From: Corallococcus coralloides
GTDB taxonomy: Bacteria; Myxococcota; Myxococcia; Myxococcales; Myxococcaceae
Reading direction: 5' to 3' (one strand)
Assembly (NCBI RefSeq): GCF_044792175.1
Contig: NZ_CP172866.1
Length of the DNA: 64,000 nt
Position numbers and translations under genes: made by a program. A model generated the notes under the pieces. The model made no database searches. It saw only the letters and a list, made by a program, of their open reading frames with translations, and had not been told where the DNA came from. Positions 29,801 through 37,970 of the stretch are shown piece after piece (position 1 is the first letter of the stretch; the number at the start of each line of letters is the position of its first letter).

Positions 29801-31955
29801 TCGTGTAGGGCAGGCGACGGATGCCGTAGTAGTAGCCCTGGTTCTTGCCACCGCTCGTGACGTAGCCGGCGGTGCTGTAGACGCCCTGCCAGTTGTTGTT
29901 GCCCGCCTTGGTCCGGTCGGACTCACGCACCTGCATCAGCATGGCGTGGAAGTCGCCCCAGCCCTCGCCCATGGAGCGGCCCTGGTTGTTGCTCAGGCCC
30001 GCGGCGTTACCGACGAGGCGGTTGCTGATGTAGTGACCCCACTCGTGCGCGATGATGCCGTTGTCGAGCGTACCGTCGCGGTCCTGGTCCGGCGCGCGCA
30101 GGAAGTGCACGGCCACCGGCTCGGTGGCCGCCGCCGCCTTCCACGCGGTGCCCGCGGCCTGGGTGATCATCAGGGACGGCGTGTTGATCTTCGCGTCATC
30201 CGTGCCGTTGCCGCCCATGCTGATGGTGCTGCCGGCGGCGTTGTTCGCGATGACCGTGGCGATGGCGCCCGCGTTCTGCGCGTTGAGCGACTTGATGACG
30301 AAGTTGCACGTCCCGCGGTCGATGAGGGCGATCTTCCCGGTGAAGTAGCCCGGGTCGAACGCGGCGCAGCCGTCCTTGTTGGTCTCCGGGACCTTGATCT
30401 CACCCGTGACGTCGTACGCCTGCTTGCCGTAGCTGGCGGAGCCGGCCTCGTAGATACCGGCCAGCGCCGCGGGCGCGGTGACGGACAGCTCGGGCGTGCC
30501 GTCGAACACGTACATCTGCATGCGCGGGGACGCACCGTCCGCCGGCGTGCTCATGTTCGCGTTGTTGCGGCCGCCGTAGTCCTGCGCCTGGGCCTGGAGG
30601 GGGTCGCCCTCCACGCCGCCACGGCCGAAGTTGAACGACTGGGCGTTGCCCGCGGCCTCGTCGAAGCCGGCGTCGTAGAACCAGTCGTGCAGGAAGTTGT
30701 TCACGTAGAACAGGTTCACCACCGAGGCCTTGATCTGCTCGGTGCTGGTGCCCGGGGCCTTGGTCGTGTCGTAGACGTACGAGAAGGTGTTGTCGCTCGT
30801 CGTCTCCGCGCGGGTGTCGCGGGTGCCGGGCTGGAAGCCGTCCGGCGCGTTCAGGTCCGCGTACGCGTCCACGTTGTTACCCGTGGTCTGCGTGGCGTTG
30901 GCCGGCAGCCAGGGGTCGTTCTTGCTGTAGGGGCTGTTGGCCAGGGTGATGTCGTTCGCCGGGCGGTTCAGCGGGGCCTGGTAGCCGTCGCGCGTGCCCG
31001 TGGGGTGCGGGGTCGCGTCGTTGCCCTGGGGACCGTCTTCCGGGATGAACGGGGACGCCGTGTCCGCCCAGACCTTGTACGTGAAGGCCGTGCCGGCGTC
31101 CGCGGACAGGTCGTTGCGGAAGAGCACCTGGCCGGTGGCGGCGGAGATGACGTAGCCGAAGTACTGGCTGGAGCGCGCGGCCTTGGGGCCGGCGTTCACT
31201 TCCACGTACCAGGCCGGCTCCAGGTTGCCGGCCAGCATGAAGAACACCTGCCGGGCGCGGGCCGGGGTGGCCAGGTCCTGCGGCAGCGCGGACTTCGCGC
31301 CGGGGGCCAGCTCGAAGAAGGTGTCGTCACCGCGCGTGCCCGCGTTGATGAACGAGGTGGCCTGCGTGCCGGAGCCCGTCAGGTCCTTGAACGCGCCGGA
31401 CACCGCGTCCGCGGCGCCCAGGTTGAAGCCGGCGCGCGCCTTGGTGCGGGCGGACAGCGCCAGCTCGGACGGGGCCAGGTAGCCGCTCACGGCCACCAGG
31501 CGCAGGTCCTGGCCCATGATGACCTTGATCTCGTTGCGGAAGACGGGGATGCCGCCCACCGACTGGTTGAAGGTCGCGACGATGGCGCCCTTGCCGGTGT
31601 TGTGCACCGAGCGCAGGTTCGCGCCCGCGACATCCTCACGCGTCAGGCGGTAGTTGTCCGCCACGGTCTGCAGGTGCGCGCGCGCCGCGCCCTCCACCGT
31701 CATGCCGGAGCGGATGACGGACTTGGACTGCGCGCCGTCCTGCGTGGCCCACGCGAACGTCGGCACGCCGAGCCGCTGCTCGGACTGCTCGATGCGAAGC
31801 CCGCGGGACACCGCCGTGTTCGAATCCACGGCGAGAGAGCGGGAGTCCCGCTGCTCCAGGAACGCGTCGTAGTTCGACCGCTCCTTGGCCCACGCGCTGG
31901 TACCCGCGATGGGCACCAGCAGCAGGCTGGTCAACAGCTTTTCCCTGAGACGCAT
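26808..31955 (-). CDS. Secreted M36 (fungalysin)-like zinc metalloprotease with a PA domain, about 8 tandem PKD/cadherin-like repeats and a C-terminal MYXO-CTERM sorting signal
   Basis: Signal peptide MRLREKLLTSLLLVPIAGTSAWA. PA domain GKIALIDRGTCNFVIKSLNAQNAGAIATVIANN. Zinc site IIAHEWGHYISNRL...GEGWGDFHA. Repeated ~95-aa modules (NQPPVAAATAP..., NREPVANAGADF..., NRHPVGQAPASV..., NQAPVAKVRV...). C-terminal ...GGGCSSTGGSAGGMAPLMALFAAMALARRRKA. Start trimmed to ATG 31955. Confidence 0.8.
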   Translation of the reverse strand: MRLREKLLTSLLLVPIAGTSAWAKERSNYDAFLEQRDSRSLAVDSNTAVSRGLRIEQSEQRLGVPTFAWATQDGAQSKSVIRSGMTVEGAARAHLQTVADNYRLTREDVAGANLRSVHNTGKGAIVATFNQSVGGIPVFRNEIKVIMGQDLRLVAVSGYLAPSELALSARTKARAGFNLGAADAVSGAFKDLTGSGTQATSFINAGTRGDDTFFELAPGAKSALPQDLATPARARQVFFMLAGNLEPAWYVEVNAGPKAARSSQYFGYVISAATGQVLFRNDLSADAGTAFTYKVWADTASPFIPEDGPQGNDATPHPTGTRDGYQAPLNRPANDITLANSPYSKNDPWLPANATQTTGNNVDAYADLNAPDGFQPGTRDTRAETTSDNTFSYVYDTTKAPGTSTEQIKASVVNLFYVNNFLHDWFYDAGFDEAAGNAQSFNFGRGGVEGDPLQAQAQDYGGRNNANMSTPADGASPRMQMYVFDGTPELSVTAPAALAGIYEAGSASYGKQAYDVTGEIKVPETNKDGCAAFDPGYFTGKIALIDRGTCNFVIKSLNAQNAGAIATVIANNAAGSTISMGGNGTDDAKINTPSLMITQAAGTAWKAAAATEPVAVHFLRAPDQDRDGTLDNGIIAHEWGHYISNRLVGNAAGLSNNQGRSMGEGWGDFHAMLMQVRESDRTKAGNNNWQGVYSTAGYVTSGGKNQGYYYGIRRLPYTTDMSKNGYTFRHIANFTTLPNELATASTANNSEVHNSGEVWATALWECYTSLLNAHPFQEAQDRMKRYLVASYKATPNAPTFTEARDAVLAVALASDPADYQRFVAAFAKRGLGFGAKSPDRDAFDHIGVTESFASAGNLEVTSITLADSAGGCDQDGILDIGEQGELKITVRNVGGNGLSAFSGTVSSTSTTATLEFPNGAAINVPALSRGASATITVPVNVTAVSGSPARAGIKVVFDTNEIPAAAKTVTFDPRVNYDHVPTTSNTETFESGLRGWTVSQNLSSSGDWTLSGSPANRYAHGNDPGTAAETTITSPWLKVDDAADFIISYKYRHSFEFDSNASYDGAVLEFTVDGIDWIDPWDLYPVVDADPGYVDYIAAGGGNPLEDRAAMARVSTGFPAFKTASINFGTFFPDLELKNVRFRFRIGGDVAVGGYGLDVDDVTFEGASAVFSGQADQAASTGACNVPPVANAGPSRVGTAAVAEGTLVNGVLNRATITLNGTGSFDPDAAAGETLTYNWTQVGGATPVSLTGADTATPSFVADVDYTDTLSFQLVVTDAAGKASAPKTVDIQVVNVNQPPVAAATAPATVNEGDTNVTLDASGSTDADVIHANTLTYAWVQTLPASPKVTLANATKAKATFTAPEVTADTQFTFTVTVTDSAGAKSTKSVAVNVKNVDREPVANAGADFDADARSTVTLAGSGSDADGTAVTYLWEQTGGTQVTLTGADTATATFTAPDVSAPTELTFKLTVSSGGVSVSDLVNVTVRKANRHPVGQAPASVDADEGSNVVLDASGITDPDGDALTYVWAQVGGPTVQTTGAGTAQLAFTAPQVQADTAVAFSLTVTDVDGAASGPYVYTVNVKQVNQAPVAKVRVISGVRGGELVKIDASTSTDPDNEPLTYAWEQTGGPSVTLTGANSAEASFTPPAKKTLENYTFKVTVKDAAGATSTANITVNVPKADDGGGCSSTGGSAGGMAPLMALFAAMALARRRKA

Positions 31956-32500
31956 GCGCCTTCCTTCTTGGGGGTATGTACTGCCGGACGAGGGGACTGC
32001 GAGAGACGACGACTGCAAGAGGAGAGGTCCGCCGGGGGAGGCGGACCGCCCCGCTACGGATGGCGGACCGTGGATGGACGACAGCCCGATAGGAAACGCT
32101 GCCCAACGCCACAGGTCGCATGGGCGACGTGCGCGGGGACTTCAGCGTGCGAAGGCGGGACGCGCGAGGCGACCAGGGCGGGTGCGAAGCGCTGCGACTG
32201 GCCGGACAGCCCGGGCGCCACACCCGAACCCGGGGCGGCCCATCCGAATCGACTGTCAACGGTCACCGGCAAGCGCTGCTCTCCAACCCACTCTTCCAGG
32301 CGCGGTTGTCTTCACCGCGCCGGATTCAGTGGGAGCGCATGCTAACCAGGACACTGTTTCGTTGAAAAGAGGGGGGCCCCTGCAACTTTGCGTTAGCAAC
32401 CCAGTAACAATTGTCAGTCTGGAATAAGCCGTAGCAACCAGGCATGCGTGGCCATGACACAGGTGCCGCGCCGCACCTTGCGTGCGGGCGGAAACCCTGT

Positions 32501-33670
32501 TCAGCGGCGCGAGCGCGGCGCCGGCGCGCCTTCCTCCGAAGAGGGCAGTGGGCCGTGGTCCAGCGGGTCCTCGACCTCCGCGCCCTCCTTGCGCTGCTTG
32601 TACTGTTCGCGCACGTAGGCGACGAGCTGATCCAGGTACGTCGACAGCGGCGGGCAGCGCACGCCGGTGCCGTCGAGCAGCTCCAGCGTGTTGTGGCAGT
32701 TGTAGATGGCCAGGTGGTTCACGTAGCTGATGGCGGCGCGCTGGGGCCGGGCCAGCTTCTCCAGCACGGGCAGCCGCAGCATCACGTCCGCGGCGCGCGC
32801 GGACAGGTTGAAGCGCGGCAGCCGCTTGTGGGCCTTCTCCGCGATGAGCTCGTACACGCGCCGCGCGCTCATGGGGTTGGGGTCCACCAGGTGGAAGGTG
32901 CGCCCCTTCGCCCTTTCATCGCGCGACAGCCGCCACACCGCCTCCACCACGAAGTCCACCGGGACGACGTTGAGCGGCGCCACGCCGTTGCCCGGCAGGG
33001 GCAGCGGCACCACCAGCGGGGACGTGACGAGCAGGATGCCCAGGTAGTAGGGACCCTCGAAGCGGTCGATCTCCCCCGTGCGCGAGTCGCCCACCACGCT
33101 GGACGGGCGGAAGATGGTGACGGGGAGGGTGGCGGAGGCGCGCTGCACCAGCCGCTCCGCCTGGAACTTCGTCTCCTCGTAGGCGTTGCGGAAGGACTGG
33201 CCCCGGTCCAGCTCGTCCTCGGCGATGACGCCCACGCGGTCGCCGGACACGTAGCAGGTGGAGAAGTGGTTGAAGCGGGAGAGGTTCTCGCAGTCTCGCG
33301 CCAGCTCCAGCAGGTTGCGCGTGCCGTCCACGTTCACGCGCCACGCGGTCTCCTTGGGCACGCCCAACTGGGAGACGGCGGCCAGGTGGAAGATGTCCGT
33401 CACCCGCTCGCACAGGCGCTGGTACTCCTCGCCGGACAGGCCCAGGTGCATGTCCACCGCGTCACCGGTGAGCAGCTCCACGCGCGCGCCCTTCACCTTC
33501 GCCGCGAGCGCCTGTGCCTCCTTGAAGGCCTTGGGCTGCACGAGCGCGTAGATGTGCCCTTTCGGGTCCTCCCGCGCGATGTGCTCCACCAGCCGCTTGC
33601 CGATGAAGCCCGGGTAGCCGGTGATGAAGTAGGTGCCAGGGACCTGCCGCGTCTTCGACGTCTCGCTCAT
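32501..33670 (-). CDS. SDR-family NAD(P)-dependent reductase/epimerase (thioester-reductase / fatty acyl-CoA reductase-like)
   Basis: YFITGYPGFIGKRLVEHI (Rossmann GxxGxxG)...STCYVSGDR...YEETKFQAERLV. Start trimmed to ATG 33670. Confidence 0.75.
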   Translation of the reverse strand: MSETSKTRQVPGTYFITGYPGFIGKRLVEHIAREDPKGHIYALVQPKAFKEAQALAAKVKGARVELLTGDAVDMHLGLSGEEYQRLCERVTDIFHLAAVSQLGVPKETAWRVNVDGTRNLLELARDCENLSRFNHFSTCYVSGDRVGVIAEDELDRGQSFRNAYEETKFQAERLVQRASATLPVTIFRPSSVVGDSRTGEIDRFEGPYYLGILLVTSPLVVPLPLPGNGVAPLNVVPVDFVVEAVWRLSRDERAKGRTFHLVDPNPMSARRVYELIAEKAHKRLPRFNLSARAADVMLRLPVLEKLARPQRAAISYVNHLAIYNCHNTLELLDGTGVRCPPLSTYLDQLVAYVREQYKQRKEGAEVEDPLDHGPLPSSEEGAPAPRSRR

Positions 33671-33693
33671 GCGCGGCGCAGCATAACCGCCCG

Positions 33694-34290
33694 TCAGCCG
33701 TGCGCGAGCATCGCCCGCCACACCGCTTCCACCTGTGGACGGGTGGCCTCCGGCGCGCCGCTGTTGTCGATGACCCACGTCGCGTGGGCGCGCTTGTCGT
33801 CCAGCGGCATCTGCGCCGCGAGCCGCGCCTCCGCCTGGTCCGCGGAGAGCCCGTCGCGCGCCATCAGCCGCGCCTTCTGCACGTCCCGGGGCACCCACAC
33901 CACGGCCACGCCCTCCATCGCCTGGTGCAGGCCCGTTTCGATGAGCAGCGGCACGTCGTACACGGCGTGGGTGACGCCTTCGGCCTCCAGCGCCTGGAGC
34001 TTCTGGAGGAAGAGGGCGCGCACCTCCGGGTGCACGATGGCGTTGAGGGCGGCCCGCTCCCCGGGGTCCGCGAAGATGTGCGCGCCCAGCTTCACCCGGT
34101 CCAGGCGGCCGTCCGGGCCCACCACGCCGGGGAAGCGCTCGTCGATGCGCCTCAGGCCGGGCGTGCCGGGCTCCACCACCTCGCGGGCGAGCACGTCCGC
34201 GTCCAGCACGCGCGCGCCCAGCTCCCGCAGCATCCGGCTCACCGTGCTCTTGCCGGAGGCGATGCCGCCCGTCAGGCCGAAGACGTGCAC
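33694..34290 (-). CDS. coaE: Dephospho-CoA kinase
   Basis: VHVFGLTGGIASGKSTVSRMLRELGARVLDADVLAREVVEPGTPGL... It has a GTG start that overlaps the upstream stop. The N-terminal 189 aa of the track ORF 33694..34857 is out-of-frame junk. Confidence 0.85.
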   Translation of the reverse strand: MHVFGLTGGIASGKSTVSRMLRELGARVLDADVLAREVVEPGTPGLRRIDERFPGVVGPDGRLDRVKLGAHIFADPGERAALNAIVHPEVRALFLQKLQALEAEGVTHAVYDVPLLIETGLHQAMEGVAVVWVPRDVQKARLMARDGLSADQAEARLAAQMPLDDKRAHATWVIDNSGAPEATRPQVEAVWRAMLAHG

Positions 34291-34292
34291 GG

Positions 34293-34775
34293 CTACTTCG
34301 CGGCCTTGGGCGTGGTGAAGACGAAGGACTGCACCGTCTTGCCGTCCTCGGTGAAGAAGATGGCCACGCCCAGCTTCACGTAGAGGAAGTAGGTGCGGAA
34401 GTCGTCCGTCAGCTTGCGCAGGTAGCAGGGCGTGGCGGGCATGGCGCCGGCCGGGCAGGCGGGGCCGTAGCTGTTCTCGATGGTGTCCTTCTCGATGACG
34501 GGCCCGGGGAACACGTCGATGCGCTCCACCAACTGGGTGGCCGGGTCCACCTTGAACTGGGCCTGGGTGGTGCCCTTGATGGCCTCCTTGGAGAAGTAGG
34601 CCAGGATCTCCTTGCCGTCCTGGCTCATGGTCCGGGACGGCTCCCCGAACTTCTTCACCACGTCCTCCTTCTTGGAGGACCCGGGCTCGATGCCCTGCCA
34701 CGGCTTGGCGGAGGCGGGCAGGCAGAAGGCAAGGACGGCGACGGCGCACAGGACGGCAATCACGGGGGTCCGCAT
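34293..34775 (-). CDS. Small secreted hypothetical protein (160 aa, signal peptide)
   Basis: MRTPVIAVLCAVAVLAFCLPASAKPW... It has a balanced composition with many Lys/Glu/Phe/Tyr, unlike the GC-driven junk frames. Confidence 0.6.
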   Translation of the reverse strand: MRTPVIAVLCAVAVLAFCLPASAKPWQGIEPGSSKKEDVVKKFGEPSRTMSQDGKEILAYFSKEAIKGTTQAQFKVDPATQLVERIDVFPGPVIEKDTIENSYGPACPAGAMPATPCYLRKLTDDFRTYFLYVKLGVAIFFTEDGKTVQSFVFTTPKAAK

Positions 34776-34910
34776 CTCGACTCCTCCCTAGCGGATCAGG
34801 CAGGCACGCCTCAAGGTCCGTTACCTCAAGCCACGCGCCTGTCCACCCGGTATTCAATCACGAACGAGACGCCTTGCCCCCTCCAGGGGCCTCTGCTACG
34901 TGCACAAGGC

Positions 34911-35420
34911 ATGTCTCCTCGTGCCTTCCGGGTCTTTTCCGCCCTCCTGCTCGCCCTCGGTGGCGGCCTCGCCGGCGCCGCGGACTTCACGGGCCCCGAT
35001 AGCTGCAAGGGCTGCCACCCGGAGGCATACGACGCGTGGATGAAGTCCAAGCACGCCCGTGCGACGGAGACGCTGGCGGACAGCCAGAAGAAGGACGCGC
35101 GGTGTCTGTCCTGCCACGCGCCGGACCAGGCCGAGCAGCAGCTTTCGGCCGTCACCTGCGAGACGTGCCATGGCGGCGGGCAGTACTACTCGCCGTCCTA
35201 CGTGATGAAGGACCCGGAGCTGGCGCGGCTGGTGGGTCTGGTGGACCCGTCGGAGAAGCAGTGCCGCACCTGCCATGACGCGTCCTCGCCGTCCCTGCGC
35301 CCGTTCGACTTCAAGGAAGCGCTGAAGGCCATCGACCACTGGTCCGCCGAACGCGCCCGCAAGCAGACCCGCGCGGACGCGGCCCCCTCCACGCCGGCTC
35401 CGGCCACGGCGAAGAAGTAA
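34911..35420 (+). CDS. Periplasmic tetraheme c-type cytochrome
   Basis: Signal peptide MSPRAFRVFSALLLALGGGLAGAA plus four CxxCH motifs (CKGCH, CLSCH, CETCH, CRTCH). Confidence 0.8.
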   Translation: MSPRAFRVFSALLLALGGGLAGAADFTGPDSCKGCHPEAYDAWMKSKHARATETLADSQKKDARCLSCHAPDQAEQQLSAVTCETCHGGGQYYSPSYVMKDPELARLVGLVDPSEKQCRTCHDASSPSLRPFDFKEALKAIDHWSAERARKQTRADAAPSTPAPATAKK

Positions 35421-35431
35421 GTGACCCCCGC

Positions 35432-36052
35432 TTGATCAAGATCCTCGACTCCCGCTTCGTCACCACCGCCGTGGAGCTCAAGGGGCTGCCCACGGACCAC
35501 GCCGCGGAGGTGGCCTTCGTCGGCCGCTCCAACGTCGGCAAGTCGTCCATGATCAACGCCCTGACGAACCGGCGGAAGCTGGTGCGCGTGTCCAACACGC
35601 CGGGGCGCACCCGGACGCTCAACTTCTTCGACGTGGACCTGGACCGCGACGGCGTGCGCCACACGGTGCGCCTGGCGGACCTGCCCGGCTACGGCTTCGC
35701 CAGGGCGAGCAAGGCGGACAAGGCCCAGTGGCAGGAGATGATCACCACCTACCTCAAGAACCGGCACCGGTTGGAGGTGGTGGTGAGCATCATCGACGCG
35801 GAGGTGGGGCCCTCGCCGGAGGACCTGCAGACGCTGGACTACCTCCAGGAGCACAACCGCCGCATCCTCGTGGTGGCCACCAAGGTGGACCGGCTGACGA
35901 AGGCGCAGCGCAAGCCCCGGCTGCACAAGCTGGCGGAGCAGTTGGAACTGCCCCGCGAGGCGGTCATCCCGTTCTCCTCCACGGAGAAGCTGGGCGTGGA
36001 GGAGGTGTGGGGCACGCTGCTGGACACCTTCGGCAAGGCCACCCGCGTCTGA
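35432..36052 (+). CDS. engB: Ribosome-biogenesis GTPase YihA/EngB (YsxC)
   Basis: EVAFVGRSNVGKSSMINALTNRRKLVRVSNTPGRTRTLNFF...DLPGYGFA...ATKVDRL. TTG start. Confidence 0.9.
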   Translation: MIKILDSRFVTTAVELKGLPTDHAAEVAFVGRSNVGKSSMINALTNRRKLVRVSNTPGRTRTLNFFDVDLDRDGVRHTVRLADLPGYGFARASKADKAQWQEMITTYLKNRHRLEVVVSIIDAEVGPSPEDLQTLDYLQEHNRRILVVATKVDRLTKAQRKPRLHKLAEQLELPREAVIPFSSTEKLGVEEVWGTLLDTFGKATRV

Positions 36053-36091
36053 GGCTGCCGGGGGCGGGCGCGCTGTGGTAGCACCCCCGCC

Positions 36092-37753
36092 GTGTCCCAG
36101 AACGGCAAGACGAACGGTGGTGTTTCGCCCCTCGCTCCCCGCGAGGAGCGTCAGCGGTTGATGCGCCTGTCCCCGCGCCAGCGGGTGGCGGCGCTCTATG
36201 ACGCGGAGGACACGGCCGCGCTGGTGCGCTCGCTGCCCGCGGAGGACCTCTACGTCACCATCCAGGAGGTGGGGCTGGCGGACACGACGGAGCTCGTGCA
36301 GCTCGCGTCGCCCGCGCAGTTCCGCACCTTCGTGGACCTGGGCGGCTGGGCGAAGGACAAGCTGGACCCGCACGCCGTCCTCACCTGGCTGCGCGCCGCG
36401 CGCGGCGACGAGCAGGAGGACTTCCTGCGCAAGGTGCACGCGGTGGACCTGGAGGTGGTGGAGACGCTCCTCAAGGAGTTCACCGTCGTCCACGACCTGG
36501 AGGAGAACCCGGACGTCAACCCGCAGGGCGTGACGCTGGAGACCCCGGAGGGCCGCTACCTGGTGGAGCTGAAGGTGGAGGGCGTGGAGATGTCCGCCAT
36601 GCGCGCGCTCCTCAACGACCTCATCGCGGAGAACCCCTTCGAGGCGGTGCGCCTCTTCGAAGCGGTGCGCTGGGAGATTCCCTCCGAGCTGGAGGAGACC
36701 GCGTTCCAGTTCCGCCGCGCGCGCCTGGCCGACCTGGGCTTCCCGTCGCTGGAGGACGCGCTCGCGCTCTTCAGCCGCGTGGACGTGCCCCCGCGCCCCA
36801 CCGGGCCCGGGACGCCCGCGCTCACCGCCACGGGCGGCCACGTGGACTACCTGGAGGCGGCCTTCCGGGACCTGTCCGACGTGGAGCGGATGAACGCGGA
36901 GGACGAGCTGCGGGAGGTGGCCAACGCGGTGCTCGTCGCGGAGCTGGGCGATCCGGGCGACCTGGAGGCCGTGCGCCGCGTGGGCGAGTGGGTGCGCGAC
37001 TACCTGTCGCTGGGCCTGGAGCACCTGACGGGCGGCGACCCCGCGAAGGCGCCGGAGGCGCTGCGGGACACGCCCCTGCGCCGCGTCTTCCAGGTGGGCT
37101 TCACGCTGACGCTCCAGCTCAAGTACCGCGCGGACCGCCTCTTCAAGGCGCCCTTCGTGAAGCTGGACGACGTGCCGCTGGTGCTCCCGGAGGAGGCCGC
37201 CGCGCTGGAGGCCCTGCGGCGCAAGCGCCCCCGGCGGGCGCTGCGCGTCCCGGGCGCGGAAGCCGTCCCGTTCCGTTCGCTGCGGGAGGTGGCCGCCTCG
37301 GAGGGGCTGCTCGCGCGGGCGGAGGCACAGGTGGCGGCGCTGGGCGCGCTCCTGGGCGGCTCCGAGGACGCGGCGCACACCGTGCTGGCGCGCTTCGGCG
37401 TGTCGCTGGACGTGCTGGGCGTGGAGCGGCTGTGGGCGGCCGTGGTGGGCATGGCCGTGCTGGAGGAGCGCGTGGACGTGCGGCCCGTGCCGCTGGGGCG
37501 CACGGTGGAGCTGGGCCAGCGCCTGTTCGAGGGCACCCCGGAGGCGCCTCGCCTGCGCGTGAGCGCGGCGGAGCGCGCGGTGGCGGCGCTGTCGCCCGAG
37601 GTCCCGGAGGCCGCGCGTGAAGAGCTGCGTCGGGTGGTGAACGTCACGCTGGCGCGCCTGCTCTTGGAGCTGGGCCCGGCGTGGCTGCGCGAGGGGCGCC
37701 TGGATCTGATCGCCTCCGCGGTGCTACCGATGGAGAGCGCCCCGGTCCCGTAG
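36092..37753 (+). CDS. Hypothetical protein (553 aa, acidic, alpha-helical)
   Basis: Non-repetitive sequence (MSQNGKTNGGVSPLAPREERQRLMRLSPRQRVAALYDAEDTAALVRSLPAEDLYVTIQEVGLADTTELVQLASPAQFRTFVDLGGWAKDKLDP...). GTG start. I recognise no family. Confidence 0.55.
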   Translation: MSQNGKTNGGVSPLAPREERQRLMRLSPRQRVAALYDAEDTAALVRSLPAEDLYVTIQEVGLADTTELVQLASPAQFRTFVDLGGWAKDKLDPHAVLTWLRAARGDEQEDFLRKVHAVDLEVVETLLKEFTVVHDLEENPDVNPQGVTLETPEGRYLVELKVEGVEMSAMRALLNDLIAENPFEAVRLFEAVRWEIPSELEETAFQFRRARLADLGFPSLEDALALFSRVDVPPRPTGPGTPALTATGGHVDYLEAAFRDLSDVERMNAEDELREVANAVLVAELGDPGDLEAVRRVGEWVRDYLSLGLEHLTGGDPAKAPEALRDTPLRRVFQVGFTLTLQLKYRADRLFKAPFVKLDDVPLVLPEEAAALEALRRKRPRRALRVPGAEAVPFRSLREVAASEGLLARAEAQVAALGALLGGSEDAAHTVLARFGVSLDVLGVERLWAAVVGMAVLEERVDVRPVPLGRTVELGQRLFEGTPEAPRLRVSAAERAVAALSPEVPEAAREELRRVVNVTLARLLLELGPAWLREGRLDLIASAVLPMESAPVP

Positions 37754-37873
37754 CTTTTTCAGCCTTGCCCGGCCCGCCGGTCGGGGGCGGGCTCGCAACC
37801 GCCCGAAGATACAGGCCTCCCGCGTTGCCATCTTCTGGCACGCGCGCTGCTTTGCCCCTCGCCCGCTAGCTGT

Positions 37874-37893
37874 GTGCGAACCGTGGTTCGCAC
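37874..37893. promoter_or_regulatory. Perfect 20-bp palindrome GTGCGAACC-GT-GGTTCGCAC upstream of the O-antigen ligase gene
   Basis: Read directly in the sequence, about 80 nt upstream of the likely ATG start at 37971. Confidence 0.4.
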
Positions 37894-37970
37894 GCGGCCA
37901 ACGGAAATCCACGAGGGCCAGGGGCACGCGTGTGACGGGACGAGCGACCGACAGCGAAGGGGTGGCGTAC

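Noticed and set aside
26577-32345. 1922-aa plus-strand ORF
   Set aside because: It is antisense to the M36 protease gene, whose own translation has a signal peptide, HEXXH site and MYXO-CTERM.
32444-34318. 624-aa plus-strand ORF and 33694..34857 N-terminal extension of coaE
   Set aside because: The plus ORF is antisense to the SDR gene (Rossmann GxxGxxG on the other strand). The first 189 codons of the 387-aa ORF are out-of-frame overlap of the real small secreted protein gene; the CoaE P-loop begins at an internal GTG.
35198-37378. 726-aa minus-strand ORF
   Set aside because: It is antisense to engB and the 553-aa acidic protein gene.
37872-37970. N-terminal 33 codons of the waaL track ORF (GTG start), which contain the palindrome GTGCGAACCGTGGTTCGCAC. 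I also considered it as a possible tRNA fragment.
   Set aside because: There is no acceptor/T-arm cloverleaf context, so it is not a tRNA. The segment is more likely 5' UTR or operator, with the real start at ATG 37971 ahead of the first TM helix.
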